Assembly (NCBI GenBank): GCA_963980215.1
Contig: CAXBYZ010000003.1
Location: 1 to 60,650, forward strand
Length of the DNA stretch: 60,650 nucleotides
Direction: 5' to 3'
Source of the DNA: an uncultured bacterium
Lineage (GTDB): Bacteria; Patescibacteriota; Microgenomatia; UBA1400; CG1-02-47-37
Shown here: positions 35,663 through 45,085 of the stretch, piece by piece
How the letters are laid out: each line of letters opens with the position of its first letter
Numbering within the stretch: position 1 is the stretch's first letter
Program-made: the position numbers and the translations under genes
The notes under the pieces: generated by a model
What the model was told of the DNA's origin: nothing
Database searches by the model: none
What the model saw: only the letters and a program-made list of their open reading frames with translations

Positions 35663-36549
35663 CTCTAGATATCAAGAAAAACCAACCACTAAAAAACCAC
35701 ACCACTTTTAAAGTTGGTGGTCCAGCCGAGTACTTTTATGAAGCTAAAACAAGAGAAGATTTGATAAAAGCTATTGCTTACGCTAGAGACAAAAAAATTC
35801 CCTTCATGATTTTGGGAGCCGGCAGTAACATCCTGGTTTCAGACAAGGGTCTTAAGGGTTTAGTCATCAAGAATCAGGTCTCAAAGATCACTGTTCTAAA
35901 AGATGGCTTGGTTGAGATAGATAGCGGAGTTCGTCTCCCCTTGGCTATATTTTCTCTTTTAAACCAAGATTTAACCGGGCTTGAGCACTTTGTTGGTATT
36001 CCTGGAACCATTGGTGGCGCCACCTACATGAACATCCATGGCGGTAATAAATTTTTTGCCGATTACATAGTCTCAGCTAAAATTTTAGATGAAAATAATC
36101 AAGTAAAAACAGTAGATAATAACTACTTTAACTTTAAGTACGATTACTCAAAACTACATGACAATAATCACATCCTCCTATCTGTTATTTTAAAACTAAA
36201 GCCAGAGCCTGGACAAAAAGCCAAAACTTCAGCCCAAGAAAAACTAAAAAATAAAAGCCATCATCCTCAAAAATCCGCCGGCTGCATCTTTCAAAACTTA
36301 ACCAAAGAAGAGCAAAAAAAACTAAAGCTACCATACCCATCAATTGGCTACATTATAGACAAAGTCTTAACCTTAAAAGGTACTACTATTGGTGATGCCA
36401 GCATATCAACTAATCACGCCGGTTTTATCGAAAATTTAGGTCAGGCCACAGCTAGTGATATATTAAAACTAATTAATCTCATAAAAACCAAAGCCAAACA
36501 AAAACTGGATCTAGACTTAAAACTAGAAATTGAAACTTTAGGATTTTAA
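35659..36549 (+). CDS. murB: UDP-N-acetylenolpyruvoylglucosamine reductase
   Basis: LKNHTTFKVGGPAEYF, LGAGSNILVSD and GCIFQN. ATGA overlap with the murC stop. Confidence 0.9.
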   Translation: MTLDIKKNQPLKNHTTFKVGGPAEYFYEAKTREDLIKAIAYARDKKIPFMILGAGSNILVSDKGLKGLVIKNQVSKITVLKDGLVEIDSGVRLPLAIFSLLNQDLTGLEHFVGIPGTIGGATYMNIHGGNKFFADYIVSAKILDENNQVKTVDNNYFNFKYDYSKLHDNNHILLSVILKLKPEPGQKAKTSAQEKLKNKSHHPQKSAGCIFQNLTKEEQKKLKLPYPSIGYIIDKVLTLKGTTIGDASISTNHAGFIENLGQATASDILKLINLIKTKAKQKLDLDLKLEIETLGF

Positions 36550-36551
36550 AT

Positions 36552-37874
36552 ATGGAAAAACTTATCATTAAAGGAGGAACTCCGCTAAAAGGTGCAGTTA
36601 AGCTCTGTGGAGCTAAAAACTCCTCATATAAACTCATGATTGCCTCACTTTTGTGTTCTCATGAAAATCGTCTTTTAAATTTGTCTCGTATTGCTGATGT
36701 TGACTTGGTTAAGGACATTATCAAAAGACTAGGGGCCAAAGCTTACTCTGCTGGGGACAGAACCATGTTTATCAATGCTAAAGATATAACTAATTCAGTT
36801 ATACCTCAAGATCTTGGCGAAGCTTCCCGGGCTTCCAGTATGTTTATTGCTCCCTTGCTAGCTAGATTAAAGCAAGCCACCGTTCCTCTCCCTGGGGGAG
36901 ATAAAATTGGTAAGAGGCCCTTGGGTTGGCACTTTGATGGTTTAAAAGCCATGGGGGCAAACATTAAAGTTGAAAACAATACTTTGAAAGCTAGTTGTGA
37001 TTCTTTACACGGTACTGACTTTACTTTTCCCAAGAACTCACACACCGGCACCGAGACTTTGATCATGGCCGCTACTCTGGCCACCGGCACTACCACCCTA
37101 AGAAACGCTGCCCTAGAACCAGAAATAGATGACTTAATCGAGTTTCTAAATAAGATGGGGGCAGATATCAAAAGAGAGCCTAGTAGAGTTATTAAAATTA
37201 ATGGTGTCAACAACCTAAAGCCAGTCATTCACCAAGTTATGCCAGATAGAAACGAAGCTGTTTCTTATGCTATTGCCGGGGTAGTTACCAAGGGAGATAT
37301 CATCATTGAAAATGCCAACAAAAACCACTTGGATATATTTTTAGAAAAACTAAAGTTGGCTGGAGTTGGTGTTGAAATAGACAAGTATGGCATTAGAGTT
37401 TACTACCAAGAAAACCTTAAAGCCGTAGACATCACCACCAAACCCCATCCAGGATTTATGACAGATTGGGCTCCTCTTTGGTCAGTTTTAGCCACTCAGC
37501 TGAATGGACCTTCAAAAATAGTAGAAACAATCATGAGTTCTCGTTTTCAATTTGCCAAAGATTTAAAGAGCATGGGGGCCAAGATTGACTTCTTTGACCC
37601 AAAGCCAAAAGATCCAGAAAAGTTTTACAACTTTAATCTAGAAGATGATGACCCAAGCAATTTTCATGGTATGACCGTCACTGGGCCAACTCCACTAAAA
37701 GCCATGAACACAAAAGTAACTGACATTAGAGCTGGAGCTACTTTGGCTCTAGCTGGCCTTACCGCTACTGGCACATCTACCCTTACTGGTCTGGATCACA
37801 TTGATCGTGGTTACGAAGATTTTGCTGGTCGTTTATTACAACTAGGAGCTAAACTCAAAAGAGTAAAAATATAA
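36552..37874 (+). CDS. murA: UDP-N-acetylglucosamine 1-carboxyvinyltransferase
   Basis: GAKNSSYKLMIASLL and LPGGDKIGKRPLGWH (the active-site loop, with Asp where E. coli has Cys115). 440 aa. Confidence 0.92.
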   Translation: MEKLIIKGGTPLKGAVKLCGAKNSSYKLMIASLLCSHENRLLNLSRIADVDLVKDIIKRLGAKAYSAGDRTMFINAKDITNSVIPQDLGEASRASSMFIAPLLARLKQATVPLPGGDKIGKRPLGWHFDGLKAMGANIKVENNTLKASCDSLHGTDFTFPKNSHTGTETLIMAATLATGTTTLRNAALEPEIDDLIEFLNKMGADIKREPSRVIKINGVNNLKPVIHQVMPDRNEAVSYAIAGVVTKGDIIIENANKNHLDIFLEKLKLAGVGVEIDKYGIRVYYQENLKAVDITTKPHPGFMTDWAPLWSVLATQLNGPSKIVETIMSSRFQFAKDLKSMGAKIDFFDPKPKDPEKFYNFNLEDDDPSNFHGMTVTGPTPLKAMNTKVTDIRAGATLALAGLTATGTSTLTGLDHIDRGYEDFAGRLLQLGAKLKRVKI

Positions 37875-37877
37875 TAT

Positions 37878-39635
37878 ATGTGTGGAATTTTTGGTTTAGT
37901 TGGTGGCAAAAAAAATGCCGCTCAAGTAGTTATTAATGGTTTAAAAAAGTTAGAGTATCGTGGCTACGACTCTTGGGGTATTGCCGTCAGGGCCAAAGAC
38001 ACAATAAAAGTAGAGCGGCAGGTTGGAAAAATAGGTCAGGCCAAAACTACTCTACCCAAATCAAACCTTGGTTTAGGCCACACTCGTTGGGCCACTCATG
38101 GCGGGGTTACCATTGGCAACGCTCACCCTCACTTGGATTGTCAGAAAAAACTTTGTCTAGTTCACAACGGTATCGTTGAAAACTTTCGCCCCTTAAAAGA
38201 AAAATTACTTAAAAATCATCATTTTTCTTCAGAAACAGATAGCGAGGTTGCCTTGCACCAAATTGAAGAAAATCACAAAACTATGAGCTTATTAAAAGCG
38301 GTTAAAACTACCTTTAAGCAAGTTCACGGCATGAACGCCTTGATTGTCTTAAACTCAAAAAAAGATGAGTTAATCGCAGTTAAAAATGGCTCACCTCTAA
38401 CCATTGGACTCACCAAAGACACTACCTACATCTCTTCAGATGTTTGGTCACTCCTCGATCACACCTCTAAGGTGATATTTCTGGAAGACAATCAGTTAGC
38501 TCACTTAACTCCAGGCAAAGTCTCTATTACCAACCTTAAAACCAATAAAAAGATTAAACCAAAAGTGACCAAGCTTAACTGGCAGTCAGAGCAGAGCCGC
38601 TTGGGTAAATTTCATCACTACATGCAAAAAGAAATTGCCGACCAACCCAAAGTGATCGATAATTTAAGCAGATTAGACAAAGATACTCTTCAGTTTTTGG
38701 TTGATTCCATTATTATCTCATCCGAGACCTATATTTTAGGTTGTGGTACTGCCTACTACGCCGCTCTCTTTGGTGAGTACTTATTTAATCTAAATGGGAT
38801 TAAAGCCCAATCGATCATTGGCTCAGAGTTTAAAAAATACCAAAAACTTTTATCCAAAGAAGATGTTTTTTTGATGTTGTCACAAAGCGGTGAGACCATC
38901 GATGTAGTCGAGGCTGTTAATCTGGCTAAGCTCAAGAAAATGAAAGTTTTGTGCCTAACTAATGTCTTGGGTTCAACTCTATATAGAAAGTCCGACCACC
39001 AGCTTTTACTTCAAGCTGGCCAAGAAGTAGCTGTAGCTTCAACCAAGGCTTTTACTGCCAAGCTAGCTATCCTAATTCAACTAGCTTACCAAGCAAGAGG
39101 TGATTTAAAAACAGGCCAAAACTTAATTCGTCGATCGGCTAAAGCAGTCACCAAGATGCTTGCAAAGTCATACCAAGAAAAACTAATTAATTTAGCTAAA
39201 AAACTAAAAGACCAAGACAGACTTTTTGTTGTGGGTAGACAGTTGTCTTACCCAATAGCTTTAGAAACCGCTCTAAAAATTAAAGAAGTCAGCTACATTC
39301 ATGCCGAGGCCCAAGCCGGTGGGGAGCTAAAACATGGCCCAATTGCTTTAATTGACCAAGGCACACCTTGTATTGTTATAGCTCCCAAAGACGATACTTT
39401 TACAGACATGATCTCGGCTGCACATGAGCTAAAAGCTAGAGGTGGTTTTATCATTGGTGTTTCACCTAAAAACAATCCGGTTTTTGACGTTCATCTTAAG
39501 GTAGAAGACTTAAAAGAAGCCACCGCAATCCTAAACACAGTTATTGCCCAGAGCCTAGCTTATTACTTGGCTGTAGTCCGCGGCCTAAATCCAGACAAAC
39601 CCAGAAATCTGGCTAAATCCGTCACCGTAAAGTAA
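37878..39635 (+). CDS. glmS: glutamine--fructose-6-phosphate aminotransferase
   Basis: N-terminal MCGIFG nucleophile, two SIS domains (SQSGETIDV) and C-terminal NLAKSVTVK. Confidence 0.95.
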   Translation: MCGIFGLVGGKKNAAQVVINGLKKLEYRGYDSWGIAVRAKDTIKVERQVGKIGQAKTTLPKSNLGLGHTRWATHGGVTIGNAHPHLDCQKKLCLVHNGIVENFRPLKEKLLKNHHFSSETDSEVALHQIEENHKTMSLLKAVKTTFKQVHGMNALIVLNSKKDELIAVKNGSPLTIGLTKDTTYISSDVWSLLDHTSKVIFLEDNQLAHLTPGKVSITNLKTNKKIKPKVTKLNWQSEQSRLGKFHHYMQKEIADQPKVIDNLSRLDKDTLQFLVDSIIISSETYILGCGTAYYAALFGEYLFNLNGIKAQSIIGSEFKKYQKLLSKEDVFLMLSQSGETIDVVEAVNLAKLKKMKVLCLTNVLGSTLYRKSDHQLLLQAGQEVAVASTKAFTAKLAILIQLAYQARGDLKTGQNLIRRSAKAVTKMLAKSYQEKLINLAKKLKDQDRLFVVGRQLSYPIALETALKIKEVSYIHAEAQAGGELKHGPIALIDQGTPCIVIAPKDDTFTDMISAAHELKARGGFIIGVSPKNNPVFDVHLKVEDLKEATAILNTVIAQSLAYYLAVVRGLNPDKPRNLAKSVTVK

Positions 39636-39647
39636 AATAATCAAATT

Positions 39648-40244
39648 ATGATAGTTGTTGATGTTGAGACCACCGGTATAGATCCAACCAAGCACGGCAT
39701 AATCGATATTGCAGCCCGTGATTTTAATAATCCAACAAATACTTTTCACTGTGAGTGCCAGTTAAAATTAGGTGCCAAGATAAACCAAAAAGCTCTAGAG
39801 ATAAACGGTTTTACCAAAGAAGAAATCACCGACCCTAAAAAACCAACTCTAAAACAAGCTGTTAGTAGATTTTTAAAGTGGAGTAAAAAAATTGAAGACA
39901 GAACCATTGCCGGCCACAACCCAGATTTTGATATAAATTTCTTACACCACTCAGCTAGACTATGTGGTTTAAAGTGGAACCTTGGTCATCGTAAAGTGGA
40001 TCAACACAGCATCATCTATCAGCTAGCTTTAAAAAAAGGCATCAAGATTCCCTTAACCAAGAAAAAAATATCTGGCTTTAACTCAGATGTCATTATGGAT
40101 TTTGTTGGCTTACCAGTAGAACCCAAACCCCACAAAGCATTAAACGGAGTCACTTGGGAAACCGAAGCCCTCTCTAGACTTATTTACGCCAAAAACCTTC
40201 TCCCTCAATTCAAAGAATTCAAACTACCAAGTCATCTGAGTTAG
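39648..40244 (+). CDS. DEDD-family 3'-5' exonuclease (DnaQ/epsilon-like)
   Basis: ExoI VVDVETTG, ExoII HNPDFDINFL, and a C-terminal H-containing motif. Confidence 0.7.
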   Translation: MIVVDVETTGIDPTKHGIIDIAARDFNNPTNTFHCECQLKLGAKINQKALEINGFTKEEITDPKKPTLKQAVSRFLKWSKKIEDRTIAGHNPDFDINFLHHSARLCGLKWNLGHRKVDQHSIIYQLALKKGIKIPLTKKKISGFNSDVIMDFVGLPVEPKPHKALNGVTWETEALSRLIYAKNLLPQFKEFKLPSHLS

Positions 40245-40262
40245 AATAAATTTTTCAATAAT

Positions 40263-40296
40263 TTCCCCACCCGTCAATTGGTTGACTGGTGGGGAA
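40263..40296. terminator. GC-rich compound hairpin after the exonuclease gene
   Basis: TTCCCCACC-c-GTCAA-TTGG-TTGAC-t-GGTGGGGAA gives 9 + 5 bp of stem. There is no U-tract on either side. Confidence 0.35.
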
Positions 40297-40315
40297 GTAA
40301 AAATTATCACCATTC

Positions 40316-40324
40316 TGGTACAAT
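40316..40324 (+). promoter_or_regulatory. extended -10 element (TGgTACAAT) for the yvcK-like gene
   Basis: It ends 6 nt before GTG 40331. Confidence 0.4.
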
Positions 40325-40330
40325 ATACCG

Positions 40331-41308
40331 GTGAAAGATAAACAACAAAAAATTGTAGTTATTGGCGGGGGCACAGGCAGTTTTGTCCTCCTCTCTGGTC
40401 TAAAACAATACCCAGTCGAGCTAACCGCCATAGTTCCAGTTACCGATGACGGTGGCTCTACCGGAAGACTCAGGGACGAGTTTGGATTTTTACCAGTCGG
40501 GGACATGCGTCAGTGTTTAGCTGCCCTAGCTTCGGAAAATGGTCTACTTCGTCAACTCCTCCTCTATCGTTTTGAAAAGGGAGAAGGTTTAAGGGGTCAC
40601 AATCTTGGTAACCTTATCCTAACCGCCCTAGAAGATTTGGTTGGCTCTGAGCCAGAGGCCATAGAAGCCGCTGCCAAGATATTTAGACTAAAAGGAAAAG
40701 TCTTACCTATTTCTAGTCAATTAGTTAAATTGGTCGCCGAATACTCCACCGGTAAAAAAATTATCTCCGAGCACAACATTGAAACCTATAAACTTAAAGA
40801 AAACGAAACAATTAGAAAACTCTACACTACTCCAAAAGCAAGCATTAATCCAAAAGCCAAAAAAGCCATCAACGAGGCTGACTTAATTATCCTAGCTCCC
40901 GGTGACCTATACAACTCAATCATCACCAATCTTATAATTTCCGGAACCAAGAAAGCCATTATTCAATCAAAAGCTAAAATCGCCTACATAGTTAACCTAA
41001 TGACCCTCACTTCTCAAACTCACAACTTCACCGCCAAAGACCACCTAAACGAGATCGAAAAATATATAGGTAGGAAAGTAGATAACATTCTACTCAACAA
41101 CCAACCCATTCCAGCCAACATCATCAAAGCTTACCAAAAACTAGCCGAGCACCCTGTCCAAGATGACTTGAGCCAAGATAAAAGAGTAGTCAGGCAAGCA
41201 CTCTTAGCTGACTCAGATTACCAAAAACCAAAAAGCGACTCCCTAAAACGAAGCCTTCTTCGCCACGACCCAAATAAACTCGCCAAAACCATCGTTAATC
41301 TTGTTTAA
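40331..41308 (+). CDS. YvcK/CofD-family protein (gluconeogenesis factor-like, UPF0052)
   Basis: Motifs IVVIGGGTGSFVLLSGLK, VTDDGGSTGRLR and GDMRQCLAAL. GTG start. Confidence 0.8.
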   Translation: MKDKQQKIVVIGGGTGSFVLLSGLKQYPVELTAIVPVTDDGGSTGRLRDEFGFLPVGDMRQCLAALASENGLLRQLLLYRFEKGEGLRGHNLGNLILTALEDLVGSEPEAIEAAAKIFRLKGKVLPISSQLVKLVAEYSTGKKIISEHNIETYKLKENETIRKLYTTPKASINPKAKKAINEADLIILAPGDLYNSIITNLIISGTKKAIIQSKAKIAYIVNLMTLTSQTHNFTAKDHLNEIEKYIGRKVDNILLNNQPIPANIIKAYQKLAEHPVQDDLSQDKRVVRQALLADSDYQKPKSDSLKRSLLRHDPNKLAKTIVNLV

Positions 41309-41310
41309 TC

Positions 41311-41859
41311 ATGTCGAGAAAATTATCAATATTTACTTGTCATAATAATAAAAAATACTCATACAAAAAATCTCGACCATCTCAATTAACCTACACTCTA
41401 CCCATAAACATAAAACACTCAATTGAACTTAATTCACCAGCTCATGTTGGCCCTCACTCTGAAGCCATTGACTATATTATTCCTGTTAACACTCCTGTTT
41501 TAGCCGCTGCCAGTGGCAAAGTTATTGAGATAATTGACAATTACTCAATTCCCTTTCTATTTAGAATTCAAGGAAGTTACTGGCCAACTAGATTATTCAG
41601 AGGCAGAATGAACTATATAACCATTGCTCACAAACAAAAAAATATTGAAGAATTTACTTTTTACGCACACTTGAAAAAAGGAAGCCTAGAAGTTTCCTTA
41701 AATGAAACAGTCAAAAAGGGACAAGTTATTGCTAAAACTGGATGGTCTGGATGGATGGACAAACCACACTTACACTTTGTTGTTTACACTCAAGATGCTC
41801 TAGATTATCCAAAAGAAAATCATGAAAGTTTGATCCCAAAATGGCAAACCCAATCCTAA
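41311..41859 (+). CDS. M23-family metallopeptidase-like protein, no signal peptide seen
   Basis: HxxxD (HSEAID) and HxH (HLHF) motifs, plus PVLAAASGKVIEI. Confidence 0.65.
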   Translation: MSRKLSIFTCHNNKKYSYKKSRPSQLTYTLPINIKHSIELNSPAHVGPHSEAIDYIIPVNTPVLAAASGKVIEIIDNYSIPFLFRIQGSYWPTRLFRGRMNYITIAHKQKNIEEFTFYAHLKKGSLEVSLNETVKKGQVIAKTGWSGWMDKPHLHFVVYTQDALDYPKENHESLIPKWQTQS

Positions 41860-43043
41860 TTTCTATCTCTCCCAATATTACAAAAGACGATGTTTTATTA
41901 GCTCTAAAAACTATCTTTACGCCTCAAAGTTGGCAACAAGGCTCAGCTAGCAAACTTTTATCCCAAAACCTCAAAAAAATATTAAAGCAAGATTATTGCT
42001 GGCTACTTAACCTTGGCAGAACCGCCCTTCAACTAGGCCTAGAAGTTTTAGAACTTAAATCTACCGACGAAGTTTTATGCCAAGCCTTCACTTGCGTCGC
42101 TGTGCCAAATGCTATTAAGGCAGCCGGTGCTAAGCCAGTCTATATCGACACTATCAAGAATGGCTTTAATCTAAGCATTTCTGATCTAACCAAAAAAATC
42201 ACTAAAAACTCCAAAGTTTTAATTATCCAGCACACTTTTGGTAATCCAGACGACATCGACAAAATAAAAAACATCTGCAAAAAACACAATCTCACCCTAA
42301 TTGAAGATTGCGCTCACTCTTTGGGCGTTAACCATAAAGGCAAGTCAGTTGGCAGTTTTGGAGATTTAACCATGCTTAGCTTCGGTAGAGACAAAGTTAT
42401 CTCCTCTGTATTTGGTGGCGCCTTACTAGCCAGCAACAAAGATCTAGCTAAAAAAATAGATAAGCGCTATAACTCCCTAAACTACCCATCTTTATCTTGG
42501 ATCAAAAAACAATTACTACACCCGATTATTACCGGCCTAATCAAACCAATTTACTTTACTCTTGGTAAATACTTAATGTTTATTTATCAAAAAAGCTCTC
42601 TTCTAACTTGGCCAGTTCTAGCTAAAGAAAAGCAAGGCCAATCTGGATTTAAAATCAAAAAAATGCCCAATGCTTTATCTATTCTGGCTAACCACCAACT
42701 AGAAAAACTGGAAGCCTTAAACCAAAGACGACAAAAAATCGTCAAACTTTATCATCAAATATTCGAGGTTACGAACCTCGAATATTTTCCCTTGCTTAGG
42801 TATCCAATCTTGGTAAATAATCCAGAGAGAGTAATCAAAAAAGCCAAACAAAAAAAGATATTACTAGGAGATTGGTACCGTCCTGTTATTGCTCCCAGTG
42901 GCGTAGATCTAAAGATAATTGGCTATAAATTAAACTCTTGCCCCAATGCCGAAACAGTCTCAAAAAAAATAATTAATCTTCCGACTTTAATTACCAAAAG
43001 TCAGGCTCAAACACTAATTAATCTGATTTATGATCACCGCTAA
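41841..43043 (+). CDS. DegT/DnrJ/EryC1/StrS-family PLP-dependent aminotransferase
   Basis: IEDCAHSLG and the PLP-lysine region LSFGRDKVISS. About 400 aa, collinear with the family. Confidence 0.75.
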   Translation: MANPILISISPNITKDDVLLALKTIFTPQSWQQGSASKLLSQNLKKILKQDYCWLLNLGRTALQLGLEVLELKSTDEVLCQAFTCVAVPNAIKAAGAKPVYIDTIKNGFNLSISDLTKKITKNSKVLIIQHTFGNPDDIDKIKNICKKHNLTLIEDCAHSLGVNHKGKSVGSFGDLTMLSFGRDKVISSVFGGALLASNKDLAKKIDKRYNSLNYPSLSWIKKQLLHPIITGLIKPIYFTLGKYLMFIYQKSSLLTWPVLAKEKQGQSGFKIKKMPNALSILANHQLEKLEALNQRRQKIVKLYHQIFEVTNLEYFPLLRYPILVNNPERVIKKAKQKKILLGDWYRPVIAPSGVDLKIIGYKLNSCPNAETVSKKIINLPTLITKSQAQTLINLIYDHR

Positions 43044-44046
43044 AGAAATAACCAAAAAATCACTCTGGGAAGACTTTTTGCTAGCGTCTAATCAAGCTAG
43101 CTTCTTGCAATCTTGGAACTGGGGACAATTTCACCAGAACTTAGGTCATAAAATAACTAGACTTGGATTTTATGACAGTAAGAAACTAATTGGCCTTAGC
43201 CTACTAATAAAGATCAAAGCCAAGAGAGGATCTTACCTTGAGTGTCCAGCTGGCCCAGTTTGCTCATATAAAAACAAAACCACCTTGAAGCAAATTATTA
43301 GATTAATTAAGGATCAAGCAGTTAAGGAAAACACTAGTTTTATAAGAATTAGACCCAATGCAATCGAAACCAAAGAAAACTTAGCCTTATTAAAGCAACT
43401 TGGTTTACATCCTTCACCCATGCACCTCCACGCCGAAACTACTTGGGTTCTAGATCTAAAACCTAGTCATGAAGAACTTTTAAGGCAAATGAGAAAAAAC
43501 ACTCGCTACGCTATCAAGAAGTCAAGCAAGCTAAATATTTTAGTCACCAGTTCCCTAGACTCAAAAGATGTTAATTTACTTTACAAGCTTCAGCTAGATA
43601 CAGCTAATCGCAATAAATTTATCCCTTTCTCAAAAGACTATTTTTTATATCAGTTAAACGCTTTTAAAACCGACAATCAAATTCAACTACTCAAAGCAAA
43701 GTATAAAGGAGAACTTCTAGCCATCTCCTTTATCATTTTCTATAAGGATGAAGCTACATACCACTACTCCGGCTCTAGCTCTAAACAAAGAAACATCCCG
43801 GCTTCATACGCTCTTCAGTGGGCTGCAATTAAAGAGGCCAAAAGGAGAGGTCTTAAGCGTTATAATTTTTGGGGAATTACCAAGGGCAGCCAAAGAGACC
43901 ACCGTTTCTCTGGAGTCACTCTATTTAAAAAAGGTTTTGGGGGTTATCAAGTCAATTACCTGAAAGGTCATGATCTACCAATTAAGAAAATTTATTGGTT
44001 AACTTACATTTTTGAGACTATAAGAAGAAGACTTCGTCATCTATAA
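43030..44046 (+). CDS. FemAB-family aminoacyl-tRNA-dependent peptidoglycan peptide-bridge transferase-like protein
   Basis: N-terminal FLQSWNWGQF, YHYSGSS and YNFWGI. 338 aa. It overlaps the DegT-like gene by 14 nt and sits just upstream of mraY. Confidence 0.7.
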   Translation: MITAKEITKKSLWEDFLLASNQASFLQSWNWGQFHQNLGHKITRLGFYDSKKLIGLSLLIKIKAKRGSYLECPAGPVCSYKNKTTLKQIIRLIKDQAVKENTSFIRIRPNAIETKENLALLKQLGLHPSPMHLHAETTWVLDLKPSHEELLRQMRKNTRYAIKKSSKLNILVTSSLDSKDVNLLYKLQLDTANRNKFIPFSKDYFLYQLNAFKTDNQIQLLKAKYKGELLAISFIIFYKDEATYHYSGSSSKQRNIPASYALQWAAIKEAKRRGLKRYNFWGITKGSQRDHRFSGVTLFKKGFGGYQVNYLKGHDLPIKKIYWLTYIFETIRRRLRHL

Positions 44047-44053
44047 TACTTGT

Positions 44054-45085
44054 ATGGCTCTCTTACTTGGACTCCTAATCTTCTCATTTACCATCACAGC
44101 CATCAGCTTAGTGCCATTTATCAACTTACTTTATAAACTTAAATTTACTCGTAAAGCTCAAATCACCAAAGACGCTTTTGGCAAAAAAACTCCAATCTTT
44201 GATAAATTCCACAAACACAAAAAAGGCACTCCGGTTGGCGGGGGATTTTTGATGATCTCTGTCATTACCCTTCTCTTTTTCCTCCTCTTCCCTCTAGCTA
44301 AGTACTTAGGGGTTTTTGTTACCAATGTTTACCCAGTAAAAGAAGAAATTCACATTATCTTTTTTACATTTATCTCATTTGGTTTACTAGGTCTTTACGA
44401 CGACATCATGAAGTTTTTTAACTTCAAGCAAACTGGTTTCTTTGGTCTTCGAATGCGCCACAAGCTTGTTATCCAATGGATTCTAGCTTTAATTATTGCT
44501 TTTCTTATGTACCTAAATCTTGGAATAGATATTCTATACGTTCCTTTTTTCCAAACCTTTAACTTGGGTTGGGTTTTCATTCCTTTTGCCGCTACTACTA
44601 TCGTAGCTTTTGCCAATGCAGTCAACATTACCGATGGTCTAGACGGTCTAGCCAGCGGTGTATTAATGATCGCTCTGTTTGCTTTTTGGTTTCTCTCTGC
44701 ATCTATTCTAGATACCCCTCTCTCATTTTTCCTTGCTCTTTGGATAGGTAGCATCATCGCTTTCTTGTACTTTAATGTCTATCCAGCTCGTATTTGGCTA
44801 GGAGATGTTGGTGCCTTATCTTTTGGAGCCACCTTTGCTGTGGTCGGACTACTCTTAGGCAAAGTCATGGCTTTAATCATTATTGGCGGCATTTTTGTCG
44901 CTGAAATTTTATCAAGCGCCATCCAACTTTTATCAAAAAAAATTCTAAAAAAGAAGGTTCTCCCAGTCGCCCCTCTCCATCTATGGCTTCAACTCTTGGG
45001 CTGGGAAGAACCAAAAATTGTCACTAGGGCAATCTTGGCCAGTATCATGATGGCAGTTTTTGGTGTTTGGTTAGCAGTAATTTAA
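44054..45085 (+). CDS. mraY: phospho-N-acetylmuramoyl-pentapeptide-transferase
   Basis: Polytopic protein with GLLGLYDD, NAVNITDGLDGLA and PARIWLGDVGA. Confidence 0.93.
   Translation: MALLLGLLIFSFTITAISLVPFINLLYKLKFTRKAQITKDAFGKKTPIFDKFHKHKKGTPVGGGFLMISVITLLFFLLFPLAKYLGVFVTNVYPVKEEIHIIFFTFISFGLLGLYDDIMKFFNFKQTGFFGLRMRHKLVIQWILALIIAFLMYLNLGIDILYVPFFQTFNLGWVFIPFAATTIVAFANAVNITDGLDGLASGVLMIALFAFWFLSASILDTPLSFFLALWIGSIIAFLYFNVYPARIWLGDVGALSFGATFAVVGLLLGKVMALIIIGGIFVAEILSSAIQLLSKKILKKKVLPVAPLHLWLQLLGWEEPKIVTRAILASIMMAVFGVWLAVI

Noticed and set aside
37875-37877. glmS ribozyme upstream of glmS
   Set aside because: Only 3 nt separate murA and glmS, so there is no room for a ribozyme.
40255-40506. 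83-aa minus-strand ORF spanning the hairpin and the start of the yvcK-like gene
   Set aside because: It overlaps a conserved plus-strand gene and a structured intergenic element. It has Pro/Ser-rich low complexity and no start context.
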